From contig BTVI01000010.1 in assembly GCA_045862955.1 (NCBI GenBank), forward strand, positions 27,512-91,511: a DNA stretch of 64,000 bases, in the 5' to 3' direction. The position numbers and the translations under genes are program-made. The notes below the pieces were generated by a model that worked only from the letters and a program-made list of their open reading frames with translations, searched no databases and had not been told where the DNA came from. This document shows positions 39,909 through 48,086 of the stretch, one piece after another (position 1 is the first letter of the stretch; every line of letters begins with the position of its first letter). Source of the DNA: Fimbriimonadales bacterium. GTDB taxonomy: Bacteria > Armatimonadota > Fimbriimonadia > Fimbriimonadales > JABRVX01.

Positions 39909-40307
39909 ATGGCAAAGGCTACTCAGTTCTGTGTGGCGCTGGAGAACCAGCCGGGCACTCTTGCGAAGCTTTGTGGGGTGCTGAAACGCGCGAAGGTGAA
40001 CATCGAAGCCATCTCGGTGGCGGACAATGTGGACTGCGCTTGGGTACGCATGGTGGCCACACCTGCCAACGCCGCGGCCGATGCGCTGAAGAAGGCCGGC
40101 TACAGCGCCTGCAAGCAGCGCGTGCTCACTGTCAAGACGGTAAACAAGCCCGGCGAGATGGAGGCAATCGCCTCGAAGCTCGCGAAGGCGAAGGTGAACA
40201 TCAACTACGTGTACGGTACCGGAGCGGCGTGCAAAGACGCCGACTGTGAGTGCTCGGTGCTGGTGTTCGGCGTGAGCGACGTGGACGCGGCGGAGAAGGC
40301 ACTCTAG
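39909..40307 (+). CDS. Tandem ACT-domain protein
   Basis: LENQPGTLAKL...VNIEAI; NKPGEM...VNINYVY; GGAGG RBS. Confidence 0.85.
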   Translation: MAKATQFCVALENQPGTLAKLCGVLKRAKVNIEAISVADNVDCAWVRMVATPANAAADALKKAGYSACKQRVLTVKTVNKPGEMEAIASKLAKAKVNINYVYGTGAACKDADCECSVLVFGVSDVDAAEKAL

Positions 40308-40361
40308 GCATCACGACAAGCACCGTCTGATCTCCTGCAGCCAGGCGGGAGGGTCTCGAAT

Positions 40362-40460
40362 GGGCGCCATGGGCAACGAGTTGCCCATGGCGCCCCGCTT
40401 CCAGCAGCTACGGCGACCCAGGGCACAATTGGGCCGTGGAGGGCATCCCTCCACGGCCTC
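40362..40460. repeat. Two perfect hairpins between convergent genes (REP-like or terminator)
   Basis: GGGCGCCATGGGCAAC..GTTGCCCATGGCGCCC; GGCCGTGGAGGG..CCCTCCACGGCC. Confidence 0.55.
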
Positions 40461-40489
40461 AACGGAGAAGGTGACGCGGATGTAGTGCT

Positions 40490-41347
40490 CTAGGCTCGGG
40501 CGCCGAATACGGCTTCCTTCGCCGTGCGCGCAGTGGCCGGCGCCGGGGCGGCAACCTCCGCGCTGCGCCTGAGCACGTAAATGCAATCGGACAGGCTGCC
40601 ATCTATGCGGCCCAGACTGACCGCTCGTAGCAGCAACCCGAGAGAAGATATAGCCAACCGGACGATCCGGTGCTTGCTTCGAAGCTCCTTCTGCATCACC
40701 GTCTGGTAATGCCGCACGTGGACGAGGTCCATCCCGAGCCGATGGGCCGTGTTGCGGATCGCCCTCGGCGAGATCGAGAAGCGAAGGAACGTCTTGAACG
40801 GCGCGGTGTCTTCCTTGCCTGCATCCTTGATGCCCAACAGATGCCGATACACCCAAACGTGGAACCAGTGAGGTGTGAACTTAGCGATCAACCCCTTGAC
40901 GGAGACCACGTTCGGGAAGGCCAGGATAATGACGCCGTCGGGACGTATCGCCCGCACGAAGTTTTCGATGGCGAGCTCGGGATGCGGGAGATGCTCGAGC
41001 ACGTCCCAGCAGATGATGACGTCATAGGAAGAGGGCGGAAGCTTATAGGTCTGAATGTCACCCAGGATCTTCTCCGACACGGTCTCGTTTCTGTCGAGCT
41101 GCTTCTGGGAGATGTCCATGCCCGTGATGTGGGACCCAGGGGACCAACGGAGATAGCTAGCAGACCCGCACCCAGCTTCCAGGATGCGAACGCTATCCCT
41201 TCCAACCATCCATTCCTCGAACACCGCCTGAAGCTCAGCGACCTCAGGGCACACACTTCCTTCAGCACGAGCGGGCTGAAGCTCGGTCGAGTGAATACAC
41301 ATCAAAGGTGCTCCCATCCAGAACGCGGCGACCCGGGCCGCATCCAA
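40490..41347 (-). CDS. Class I SAM-dependent methyltransferase (start uncertain)
   Basis: ILEAGCG, DVIICWDVLEH, PDGVIILAFPN. Confidence 0.85.
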   Translation of the reverse strand: MDAARVAAFWMGAPLMCIHSTELQPARAEGSVCPEVAELQAVFEEWMVGRDSVRILEAGCGSASYLRWSPGSHITGMDISQKQLDRNETVSEKILGDIQTYKLPPSSYDVIICWDVLEHLPHPELAIENFVRAIRPDGVIILAFPNVVSVKGLIAKFTPHWFHVWVYRHLLGIKDAGKEDTAPFKTFLRFSISPRAIRNTAHRLGMDLVHVRHYQTVMQKELRSKHRIVRLAISSLGLLLRAVSLGRIDGSLSDCIYVLRRSAEVAAPAPATARTAKEAVFGARA

Positions 41348-41485
41348 GGTATCGTCGCGCCGCGCCCGTAGGCAACGGCGTCATGCTGCCTGCATTATAG
41401 CCCGACAATTGCGGTTTGGCAACCCCTTCGCGCAGAGAATCTTCGCAGCAAGGTCATGGTGCTTGCGCAGGGTACGATGCAGCTC

Positions 41486-42586
41486 ATGGAGATGCTCGCC
41501 CACGAGGTCGAGGCGCCCGTCATCCGAGGGCACGCCTACAGCGGCGCAGTCCCATCTCAGTTGCTGAAGAGGTTGAAGCCCGGTAGCATCGCCGTGATTA
41601 ACATCCCGGACTTCGACCCCTGGTTTGCCGATCAGCTAGTCGCATCCGGGGCCGCCGCAGTGGTGAATTGTGCTGAGAGCATCACCGGTCGCTCACCGAA
41701 CGTGGGTGTCGTCTTTCTCCTCGAACGCGGGATTCCGGTGCTCGATGCTGCGGGCGAAGGGCTGCTAGAGGAGCTTCAGCAGGGCGAGACAGTGAGTATC
41801 GAGGGAAACGTCATCGAACTGCGCGGCGGCATCCGAGTAACGGCCGCAAGGCTCACGCCTGAGGTTGCGACAGCTCGGCTGAAGGCGGCGCAGGAGTACA
41901 TGGGCCTGGCGCTCTCCAAGATGTCTGCGGCAATGTCTACCTCGATCACCCAGGAGTGGGCACAATTCTTCCGACCGGCACGGATCCCCGCTCTCGAACC
42001 GAAGCTGCGCGGCAGACTCGCGGTGGTGGTCACCGCGGGTGCCCGGGCACTTGCCGAACTGCGGATGTTGCGTTGGCGTCTCGCGAGTGCGGCAATCGTC
42101 GCCGTAGAGGGCGGATACGAAGTGGTCCGTCGTGTGGGAGTTCAGCCGACGGTGGTGGTCGGTCGCGAGGGAGGGCTCTCGGATTCGGCGCTGCTGAGCG
42201 GGGCGGACATTGTGTTGCTGACGAACCCCGGAGAGGAGACCACCAGTGCCTCGGATGCCCGCTGGCGTGCATTGGGGGTGCAGCCCCAAACGCTTCTCCG
42301 AACCGGTCCGGCAGAGGAAGCTGCCATCGCGATGGCAGCTGATTGCGGGGCCCGCCTCGTCCTTCTCATCGGTTCCGGCTTCTCCTTCGCAGACCTGGCG
42401 CACCGCGGAGAACGTGGCGCGAGCGCGGCGCTACTTACCCGGCTGCGCGTGGGCTCTCGCGTGATGGACGGTGCCAGCTACCTACGTCTCCGTCCCGTCG
42501 TGCACCTTCCGACTTGGGCCTATTGGGTTATCGGCGTTGCATGCATTGGGCTGCTGTGGACGGTAATCCGGGTTGTCCTCGGATGA
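41486..42586 (+). CDS. SteA-like (thiamine-pyrophosphokinase-like fold) membrane-anchored protein
   Basis: LLKRLKPGSIAVI, SITGRSPNVG, LLTRLRVGSRVMD, C-terminal TM. Confidence 0.7.
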   Translation: MEMLAHEVEAPVIRGHAYSGAVPSQLLKRLKPGSIAVINIPDFDPWFADQLVASGAAAVVNCAESITGRSPNVGVVFLLERGIPVLDAAGEGLLEELQQGETVSIEGNVIELRGGIRVTAARLTPEVATARLKAAQEYMGLALSKMSAAMSTSITQEWAQFFRPARIPALEPKLRGRLAVVVTAGARALAELRMLRWRLASAAIVAVEGGYEVVRRVGVQPTVVVGREGGLSDSALLSGADIVLLTNPGEETTSASDARWRALGVQPQTLLRTGPAEEAAIAMAADCGARLVLLIGSGFSFADLAHRGERGASAALLTRLRVGSRVMDGASYLRLRPVVHLPTWAYWVIGVACIGLLWTVIRVVLG

Positions 42587-42630
42587 GCCGGGGGGTAGAC
42601 TGACACTAGACGCTGGGGGTGAGGAACAGG

Positions 42631-43158
42631 ATGCGTTTTCACTGGCTTCTTCTGCCGCTGCTCTTAGTTGCTGCGGCAGGGTGCGGTCCTGGTGGCTCCG
42701 GCTCGACGGGTACGAGCGATGAGATCGTCCTGATGAAGCCTGACGGGACCAAGCTCCGGTTGATGGAGACCGTTACGAGGCCCGGTGCGACTGTCACGCT
42801 GGTAAACTTCTGGTCCATCGGGTGCGTGGGTTGCCGTGCGGAGTTGCCGCACTTGGCCAAACTCTACGAGAAGCACCGCGACGCCGGGTTCAACGTGGTT
42901 GCCGTCAACGCAATGGATTCTGCCGATGCAGTCTCCAAGTTCGTGTCGGAGCACAATCTTCCGTTCCCCGTGGTGCTGAACGGCGACGGACCGAACGATC
43001 TGCTGCAGAAGTACAACGTCATCGCCTATCCCACGAATCTCATCTTCGATTCGTCCGGCAAGGTGGTAGAGCGGCTGGAGGGTTGGGAGGAGTTCGCCCT
43101 GCTTCGGGCCCTGAAGAAGGCCGGCATGGGCACGGCAACTTCGGACAAACAACAATAG
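42631..43158 (+). CDS. TlpA/ResA-like thiol-disulfide lipoprotein
   Basis: Lipobox AAGC, NFWSIGCVGC, YPT cis-Pro loop. Confidence 0.88.
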   Translation: MRFHWLLLPLLLVAAAGCGPGGSGSTGTSDEIVLMKPDGTKLRLMETVTRPGATVTLVNFWSIGCVGCRAELPHLAKLYEKHRDAGFNVVAVNAMDSADAVSKFVSEHNLPFPVVLNGDGPNDLLQKYNVIAYPTNLIFDSSGKVVERLEGWEEFALLRALKKAGMGTATSDKQQ

Positions 43159-43161
43159 CAG

Positions 43162-43195
43162 CCGAAGCCTCCGCCGCAAGCGGCGGAGGCTTCGG
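43162..43195. terminator. 16-bp perfect hairpin between convergent tlpA-like gene and rplL
   Basis: CCGAAGCCTCCGCCGC-AA-GCGGCGGAGGCTTCGG. Confidence 0.55.
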
Positions 43196-43309
43196 ACCGA
43201 GGGCATGCCTCTCGACGTATCGGTTGGCGCACGTCAGCTAAGCCTGACCATTAGCAACGCTCGAGCTACGCAGCCCGCAACGACTGCCTCGCATTTAATC
43301 GAGTAACGG

Positions 43310-43705
43310 TTACTTGAGCTCGACCTTCGCGCCCACTTCCTCCAAGGCGGCCTTGATCTTGTCCGCCTCTTCCTTCTGAGCCCCTTCCTTGATGGGCTTC
43401 GGGGCGCTGTCCACCAGGTCCTTTGCCTCCTTCAGACCGAGGCTGGTGAACTCGCGGACCACCTTGATCACCTGGAGCTTCTGCGCGCCAACTTCGGTGA
43501 GGATCACGTCGAAGGTGGTCTTCTCCTCTTCGGGTTCGGCGGCTCCTGCCGCAGCGCCGGGCATTGCGCCCATCATCGGCATACCGACCATCGGTGCCGC
43601 TGCGGTTACTCCGAACTTGTCTTCCAGAGCAGTCTTCAGCTCCGAAAGCTCCAGTGCGGTCATACCGCTGATCATCTCCACGACTTGTTCGACTGCTGTT
43701 GCCAT
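43310..43705 (-). CDS. rplL: 50S ribosomal protein L7/L12
   Basis: [27 protein letters not shown]. Confidence 0.98.
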   Translation of the reverse strand: MATAVEQVVEMISGMTALELSELKTALEDKFGVTAAAPMVGMPMMGAMPGAAAGAAEPEEEKTTFDVILTEVGAQKLQVIKVVREFTSLGLKEAKDLVDSAPKPIKEGAQKEEADKIKAALEEVGAKVELK

Positions 43706-43730
43706 TCTGTTCTCTCCCAATCCGAGGCGC

Positions 43731-44261
43731 TTAGGCTGCGGCCTCTCCTCGTTTCTTCTCTTCGATTGCGCCGATGCAGCGCACGACCTGAGCAATGGTC
43801 TCGTTCAGCACGTTGACCACGCCGCGCAGCGGCGCGTCCACGAGACTGAGAACTTGAGCGACCAACTCGTCCTTCGAGGGCAGCTTCGAGAGCGCGACCA
43901 TGTCCGCCTCGGACAGGACACGCCCGGCTAGGTAACCACCCTTGAACTTCAGTTCTGGGTGCTCCTTCATGAAGCCGGCGATCATCTTCGCACACGCCGC
44001 CTCGTCCTTCTCGACGAACGCGATGGCCGTCGGGCCGGACAGGAACTCCTCCGGCAGTTCGTTCGACTTGTCGCCGAACGCACGCCGGAACAGAGTGTTC
44101 TTGACGACGTGGTACTCGGCCCCGACGGTCTTGAGTTGACGGCGGACGCCCGCCAGCGACTTGACCGTGAGCCCTCTATAATCCGTGAAGATCAGCGCGC
44201 CGGACTGCTCGCACAGCTTGGCCGTGTCTGCGATTACCTGCGCCTTCGCTTCCGTGGGCAT
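43731..44261 (-). CDS. rplJ: 50S ribosomal protein L10
   Basis: [24 protein letters not shown]. Confidence 0.97.
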   Translation of the reverse strand: MPTEAKAQVIADTAKLCEQSGALIFTDYRGLTVKSLAGVRRQLKTVGAEYHVVKNTLFRRAFGDKSNELPEEFLSGPTAIAFVEKDEAACAKMIAGFMKEHPELKFKGGYLAGRVLSEADMVALSKLPSKDELVAQVLSLVDAPLRGVVNVLNETIAQVVRCIGAIEEKKRGEAAA

Positions 44262-44284
44262 ATCGGATAACCTCCATGCCCGGC

Positions 44285-44403
44285 ATAAACGCCGGGAGCC
44301 CCGCACGTGGCAGGGCTCCCGAGAAATCGCCGTGTGACGGCGCATGTGCGCCTTCGTTCCTCGGCAGGATGATTAAGCGGGGAGCCCCTGCTGTCTGCGG
44401 AAC
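44285..44403 (-). ncRNA. L10 ribosomal protein leader
   Basis: Minus strand CCGCAGACAGCAGG..CTTAA..CCTGCCGAGG followed by a GGGAGCCC..GGGCTCCC hairpin; TATCAT -10 just upstream. Confidence 0.8.
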
Positions 44404-44434
44404 ACGCGCATGATACCCTGCCGGCGACAGTAGG

Positions 44435-45349
44435 TCAAGAGCCGAGTTCGGGGTCTGGAGGGACCCTGGGCGGGTCGGGAGGCGGGAGTACCTTGCGCTT
44501 GGCCAGGTAGCTCTCGAGATTGGCCTTCGTGACCCGGTCCACGGTCACCGGGCCCAGGTTGGGCCCGAGCCAGCCGGTTCCCACGGCCTCGCGGATCATG
44601 CGCGCCGCCCGAACGCCTGCTTGGAACCAGTTGGGCTCGAGGGCGACGGCGAGGGAGCCGCGCTGCACTCTCTGCAGGCCTCTGAAGCCGCCGTCCACGA
44701 TTAGGGCAGCGTTGGCCGTATCTGCCGCGTCGGGTCCCACCGCCACCAAGACAGTGTTCGGTTCTCGGGCAGGTGGCGTGGCGTCACGTAGCAGCACGAC
44801 GCCCATTCGCTCGTCCAGCGCCAACCGCTCGGCATAAAAGAGTAGGGCATCGACGTCTACCAAACAAGGTCCGCGGGTGATCAGCGCTACTCGCCTCGCG
44901 CGGGGTGCCAGTGCCTTCGATTCGGCCAGGATTCGTCTCGCCAGGTCCTCTAGATCGGGTCCGAGGTGCTCCGTACGAGGCGAGATAGGGGAGTCCGTGC
45001 CGACCAACAGCGACCGGACGGAGTAGGAATAGGCCGCGTCGGCCAGCTTCTTGCCGGCTTCGGGCGAGACGCTGGGAAACACTGCGATGGTCGGCACGTG
45101 TTCCAGGCTGCTAGCGAAGGCATCCGCGATCCTCTCGAAGCTCGCTGCGTCCTCGGTAACCAGGTCTATGGCGTACTCAGCGAGCTGCAGCTGCAGTCCT
45201 TCCGCGATGAGGCGCGTGTCCTCACGGCCTGCGACCGAGACAACGGTCACCACGGCCCGCGGTTTCTTGACGGTGACACCTCGGTCGCACCCCGTCGCTC
45301 CCAGCAAGACGGCAGCCGCCAACAGACTAGTCGAACAGACCTTCCGCAT
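44435..45349 (-). CDS. Lipoprotein, probable degenerate type-1 periplasmic-binding fold
   Basis: Lipobox ATGC; FQAGVRAAR...VTKANL resembles sugar-SBP C-termini. Confidence 0.55.
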   Translation of the reverse strand: MRKVCSTSLLAAAVLLGATGCDRGVTVKKPRAVVTVVSVAGREDTRLIAEGLQLQLAEYAIDLVTEDAASFERIADAFASSLEHVPTIAVFPSVSPEAGKKLADAAYSYSVRSLLVGTDSPISPRTEHLGPDLEDLARRILAESKALAPRARRVALITRGPCLVDVDALLFYAERLALDERMGVVLLRDATPPAREPNTVLVAVGPDAADTANAALIVDGGFRGLQRVQRGSLAVALEPNWFQAGVRAARMIREAVGTGWLGPNLGPVTVDRVTKANLESYLAKRKVLPPPDPPRVPPDPELGS

Positions 45350-46211
45350 ACTTTCCGGGGTCGAAGTCTAGCAAGTCTTCTGCTTTCTCCCCAACACCAA
45401 TCAGCTTGATGGGTGTGCCGAGCGCTTTCGTCACCGACAGCACCGCCCCTCCCCGAGAAGTGCCGTCTAGCTTCGTCAACACCAGACCGGTCAGCGGCAC
45501 CGCTTGGCGGAACTGCTCGGCTTGACGGATGGCATTCTGCCCCGTGTTGGCATCCAGCACCAACAACACCTCGTCCGCGGGTCGGCCGAGCGCCTTCTCG
45601 GTCACCCGTGCGATCTTGCCCAACTCGGCCATCAGGTTTACCTTCGTGTGCTGCCGACCTGCCGTGTCCGCCAACACATAGTCGGTACCTCTCGCTTTGG
45701 CTGCAGAGATCGCATCGTACACGACTGCAGACGGGTCTGCTCCCTCCTGGTGACGAACGATCTGGCTGCCGGTTCGTTCGGCCCAGATGGCCAACTGGTC
45801 GCTCGCCGCGGCACGAAACGTGTCGGCTGCCGCCAACAGCGAGGTTCGGCCCTCTCGGCGGAAGCGCTCGGCCAGTTTCGCGATGGTGGTGGTCTTACCC
45901 ACCCCGTTGACGCCGACGAAGAGATACACCGTCGGTTTCTCCAACCCGACCCTCAGCTCACCGCCTTCGAGACCTCGGAACCGATCGGCAATCAGCGTCT
46001 CCAGCCGCGCTCGGACCGCCTCCGGTTCTCGCAGCCTTTCGTCTCGGACAGCCTGTCGCAACGCCTGGAGCATCTCGTCCGTCTCGCCCACGCTGACATC
46101 GGCGGCGAGCAGAGCCTCCTCCAGCTCGTCGAACAGGTCGTCATCCACGACCCCTCTGCCTAGAATGCGAGCGACGCTGTTACGTAGACCCTTGAAAATG
46201 CCGAGACGCAT
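45327..46211 (-). CDS. ftsY: SRP receptor FtsY (NG domain only)
   Basis: GVNGVGKTT, DTFRAAA, DTAGR, TKLDG, GVGE. Confidence 0.97.
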   Translation of the reverse strand: MRLGIFKGLRNSVARILGRGVVDDDLFDELEEALLAADVSVGETDEMLQALRQAVRDERLREPEAVRARLETLIADRFRGLEGGELRVGLEKPTVYLFVGVNGVGKTTTIAKLAERFRREGRTSLLAAADTFRAAASDQLAIWAERTGSQIVRHQEGADPSAVVYDAISAAKARGTDYVLADTAGRQHTKVNLMAELGKIARVTEKALGRPADEVLLVLDANTGQNAIRQAEQFRQAVPLTGLVLTKLDGTSRGGAVLSVTKALGTPIKLIGVGEKAEDLLDFDPGKYAEGLFD

Positions 46212-46247
46212 GGACAGGATTATGCCCTGTCACCGGCTGTGCAGCGG

Positions 46248-47273
46248 CTAGGAACGGGTCCGGAGTAGGCCCACGAGGAAGGGCGCGCCGATCAGCGCAG
46301 TCAAGACGCCGACGGGTATCTCGCGCGGAGGGAGTGCAGCACGCGCCAGCGTATCCGCGGCAATTAGCACACTGGCGCCAAGCAGCCCGGCCGCAACGTA
46401 CAGCAGCCTATGCTCCGGGCCGACCAAGCGCCTGCCGATGTGCGGCACGATGAGCCCGACGAAGCCAATGATGCCCGCGACGGACACAGCAGCCGCTGTC
46501 GCCAGCGAACCGAACAACAGTACGCCGCCCTTTACGCGCTCTACGTCCACGCCGAGATGAGCAGCGGATTCCTCGCCGAGGGAATATACGTTCAGCCCTT
46601 TGGCCAGTCCTAAGAGCCCGAGCACGCCGACGCCTCCGACGCCCAAAGCGACCCCCACTTGGCCCCATGTTGCCATGCTGAAGCTGCCCATGAGCCAGAA
46701 GACGATCCGCTCGAACGACTGCTGCGCGATGATGAGCAAGAGCGTGATGGCGGCCCAGAGAACGGAGCCGATGGCCACCCCCGCAAGCAAGAACGCACCC
46801 ACGCTGGTACGTCCGCCCCTTCGCGAGGTCCAGTAGACCAGCGAAGCACCGCCGAAGGCGCAGGCGAAGGCTGCTGCGGATGCCCCGAAGCCCGCCAGTG
46901 CGCCGGCGAAACCGAACAGCACGGCACACGACGCCCCTATGGCGGCCCCGCCTGCGATTCCGGTGATGAACGGGTCGGCGAGGGGATTTCGGAGTACACC
47001 CTGAAACCCCACACCTGCCGACGCCAGCATCCATCCGCATGCACCGGCCAGAACGATACGCGGGGCGCGGATGCTCCAGAGGATGGTCGCGACGTGATCG
47101 ACGCCTTCCGCGTTCGGCCCAGCGAGCAGGGCCCTCCACATTTCTCCGATTGGCAATGCTTGAGCGCCGAGAAACGCCGATCCCACCGCGCTGCCCACCA
47201 AGAGCAGCGTGAGCACTACCAACAGAGTTAAGGAACCGCCGGGCCTCTTCTCGGCCGTCTCGCCAACGGTCAT
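46248..47273 (-). CDS. FecCD/BtuC-type ABC permease
   Basis: RNPLADP, LGEESAAHLGV, IGFVGLIVPH, PVGVLTALIGAPF. Confidence 0.93.
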   Translation of the reverse strand: MTVGETAEKRPGGSLTLLVVLTLLLVGSAVGSAFLGAQALPIGEMWRALLAGPNAEGVDHVATILWSIRAPRIVLAGACGWMLASAGVGFQGVLRNPLADPFITGIAGGAAIGASCAVLFGFAGALAGFGASAAAFACAFGGASLVYWTSRRGGRTSVGAFLLAGVAIGSVLWAAITLLLIIAQQSFERIVFWLMGSFSMATWGQVGVALGVGGVGVLGLLGLAKGLNVYSLGEESAAHLGVDVERVKGGVLLFGSLATAAAVSVAGIIGFVGLIVPHIGRRLVGPEHRLLYVAAGLLGASVLIAADTLARAALPPREIPVGVLTALIGAPFLVGLLRTRS

Positions 47274-47806
47274 AGCCTCAGTTCGAACAGCTTGACCCCG
47301 GCGAGCAACTGCAAGCCGCTGAAGTCCAGCCCCTCGATCTGTTCGAACCAGTCGTAGCGCATCTCGACATAGAAGCGTTCGTTGAAGGTGATACCGACCG
47401 CGGCGTTGGCGTTCCAACCCCACCCGGAACCGTGTGCAGCGGGTACTGCATCCACGCTGCCATAGTACGGACCCACTCTCAGCGCGACATATGGTTTGGT
47501 CTCATCGCTCACGCCGAACTCGCGGGCTATGCCGATCGTTATTGGCACCAATATCGCCCGATTGCCGTGCCGCCTTTGGTCGTATACCGTGATATCAGCG
47601 GCAACGGACCACCTCTCCGGTTTCCCGAGGCGCATAGGGGAGATGCTCACGATGGGCCATACGTCACCGAAGAGCGTGCGCGTCTCCTCCGAGGTGGGGA
47701 AGTAGGAGCCCACCTTGAGACCAATCGGGATTCGGCCGCCAGCGGCTGCCTGGTCCGCGATCACTAGCAAGCCTGCGAGTAATGCCAACCGAAACATGCT
47801 CATCAT
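47270..47806 (-). CDS. Small outer-membrane beta-barrel protein
   Basis: Signal peptide; amphipathic strands (KPYVALRVG, FYVEMRYDW). Confidence 0.7.
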   Translation of the reverse strand: MMSMFRLALLAGLLVIADQAAAGGRIPIGLKVGSYFPTSEETRTLFGDVWPIVSISPMRLGKPERWSVAADITVYDQRRHGNRAILVPITIGIAREFGVSDETKPYVALRVGPYYGSVDAVPAAHGSGWGWNANAAVGITFNERFYVEMRYDWFEQIEGLDFSGLQLLAGVKLFELRL

Positions 47807-47876
47807 ACTCCCTCCTAATCACATCTTGCCCGATGCGGGGCGCTCTCGTTGTGCCACCAGGTGTTGGCACCGCTTC

Positions 47877-47950
47877 CATGCCGCGGCCCGCGTCCGCCGC
47901 ACAGTACCCAGTGAGCACACATTTCCAGCCTCAGGACCGCGCCGGGGCAC
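47877..47950. repeat. 73-bp palindromic element (copy 1)
   Basis: ATGCCGCGGCCCGCGTCCGCCG-N35-GACCGCGCCGGGGCAC; matches copies at 59983 and 60082. Confidence 0.75.
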
Positions 47951-48086
47951 CCTGGGAGCCTCGCCGTTCGGCTGCAGGGGTCCGTGGTGGGCGGGAGGCT
48001 CCCGGCCGCCGGCAGCCGAAACGCCGAGGCATGAAAACCAGTCGGCGGACGCGGGAGTTCTCCATGCCCCGACCCGCGTCCGTCGC

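Noticed and set aside
47807..48086. Cobalamin riboswitch upstream of the barrel/BtuC-like genes
   Set aside because: No B12-box or GCCACTG core is visible; the region is occupied by palindromic repeats.
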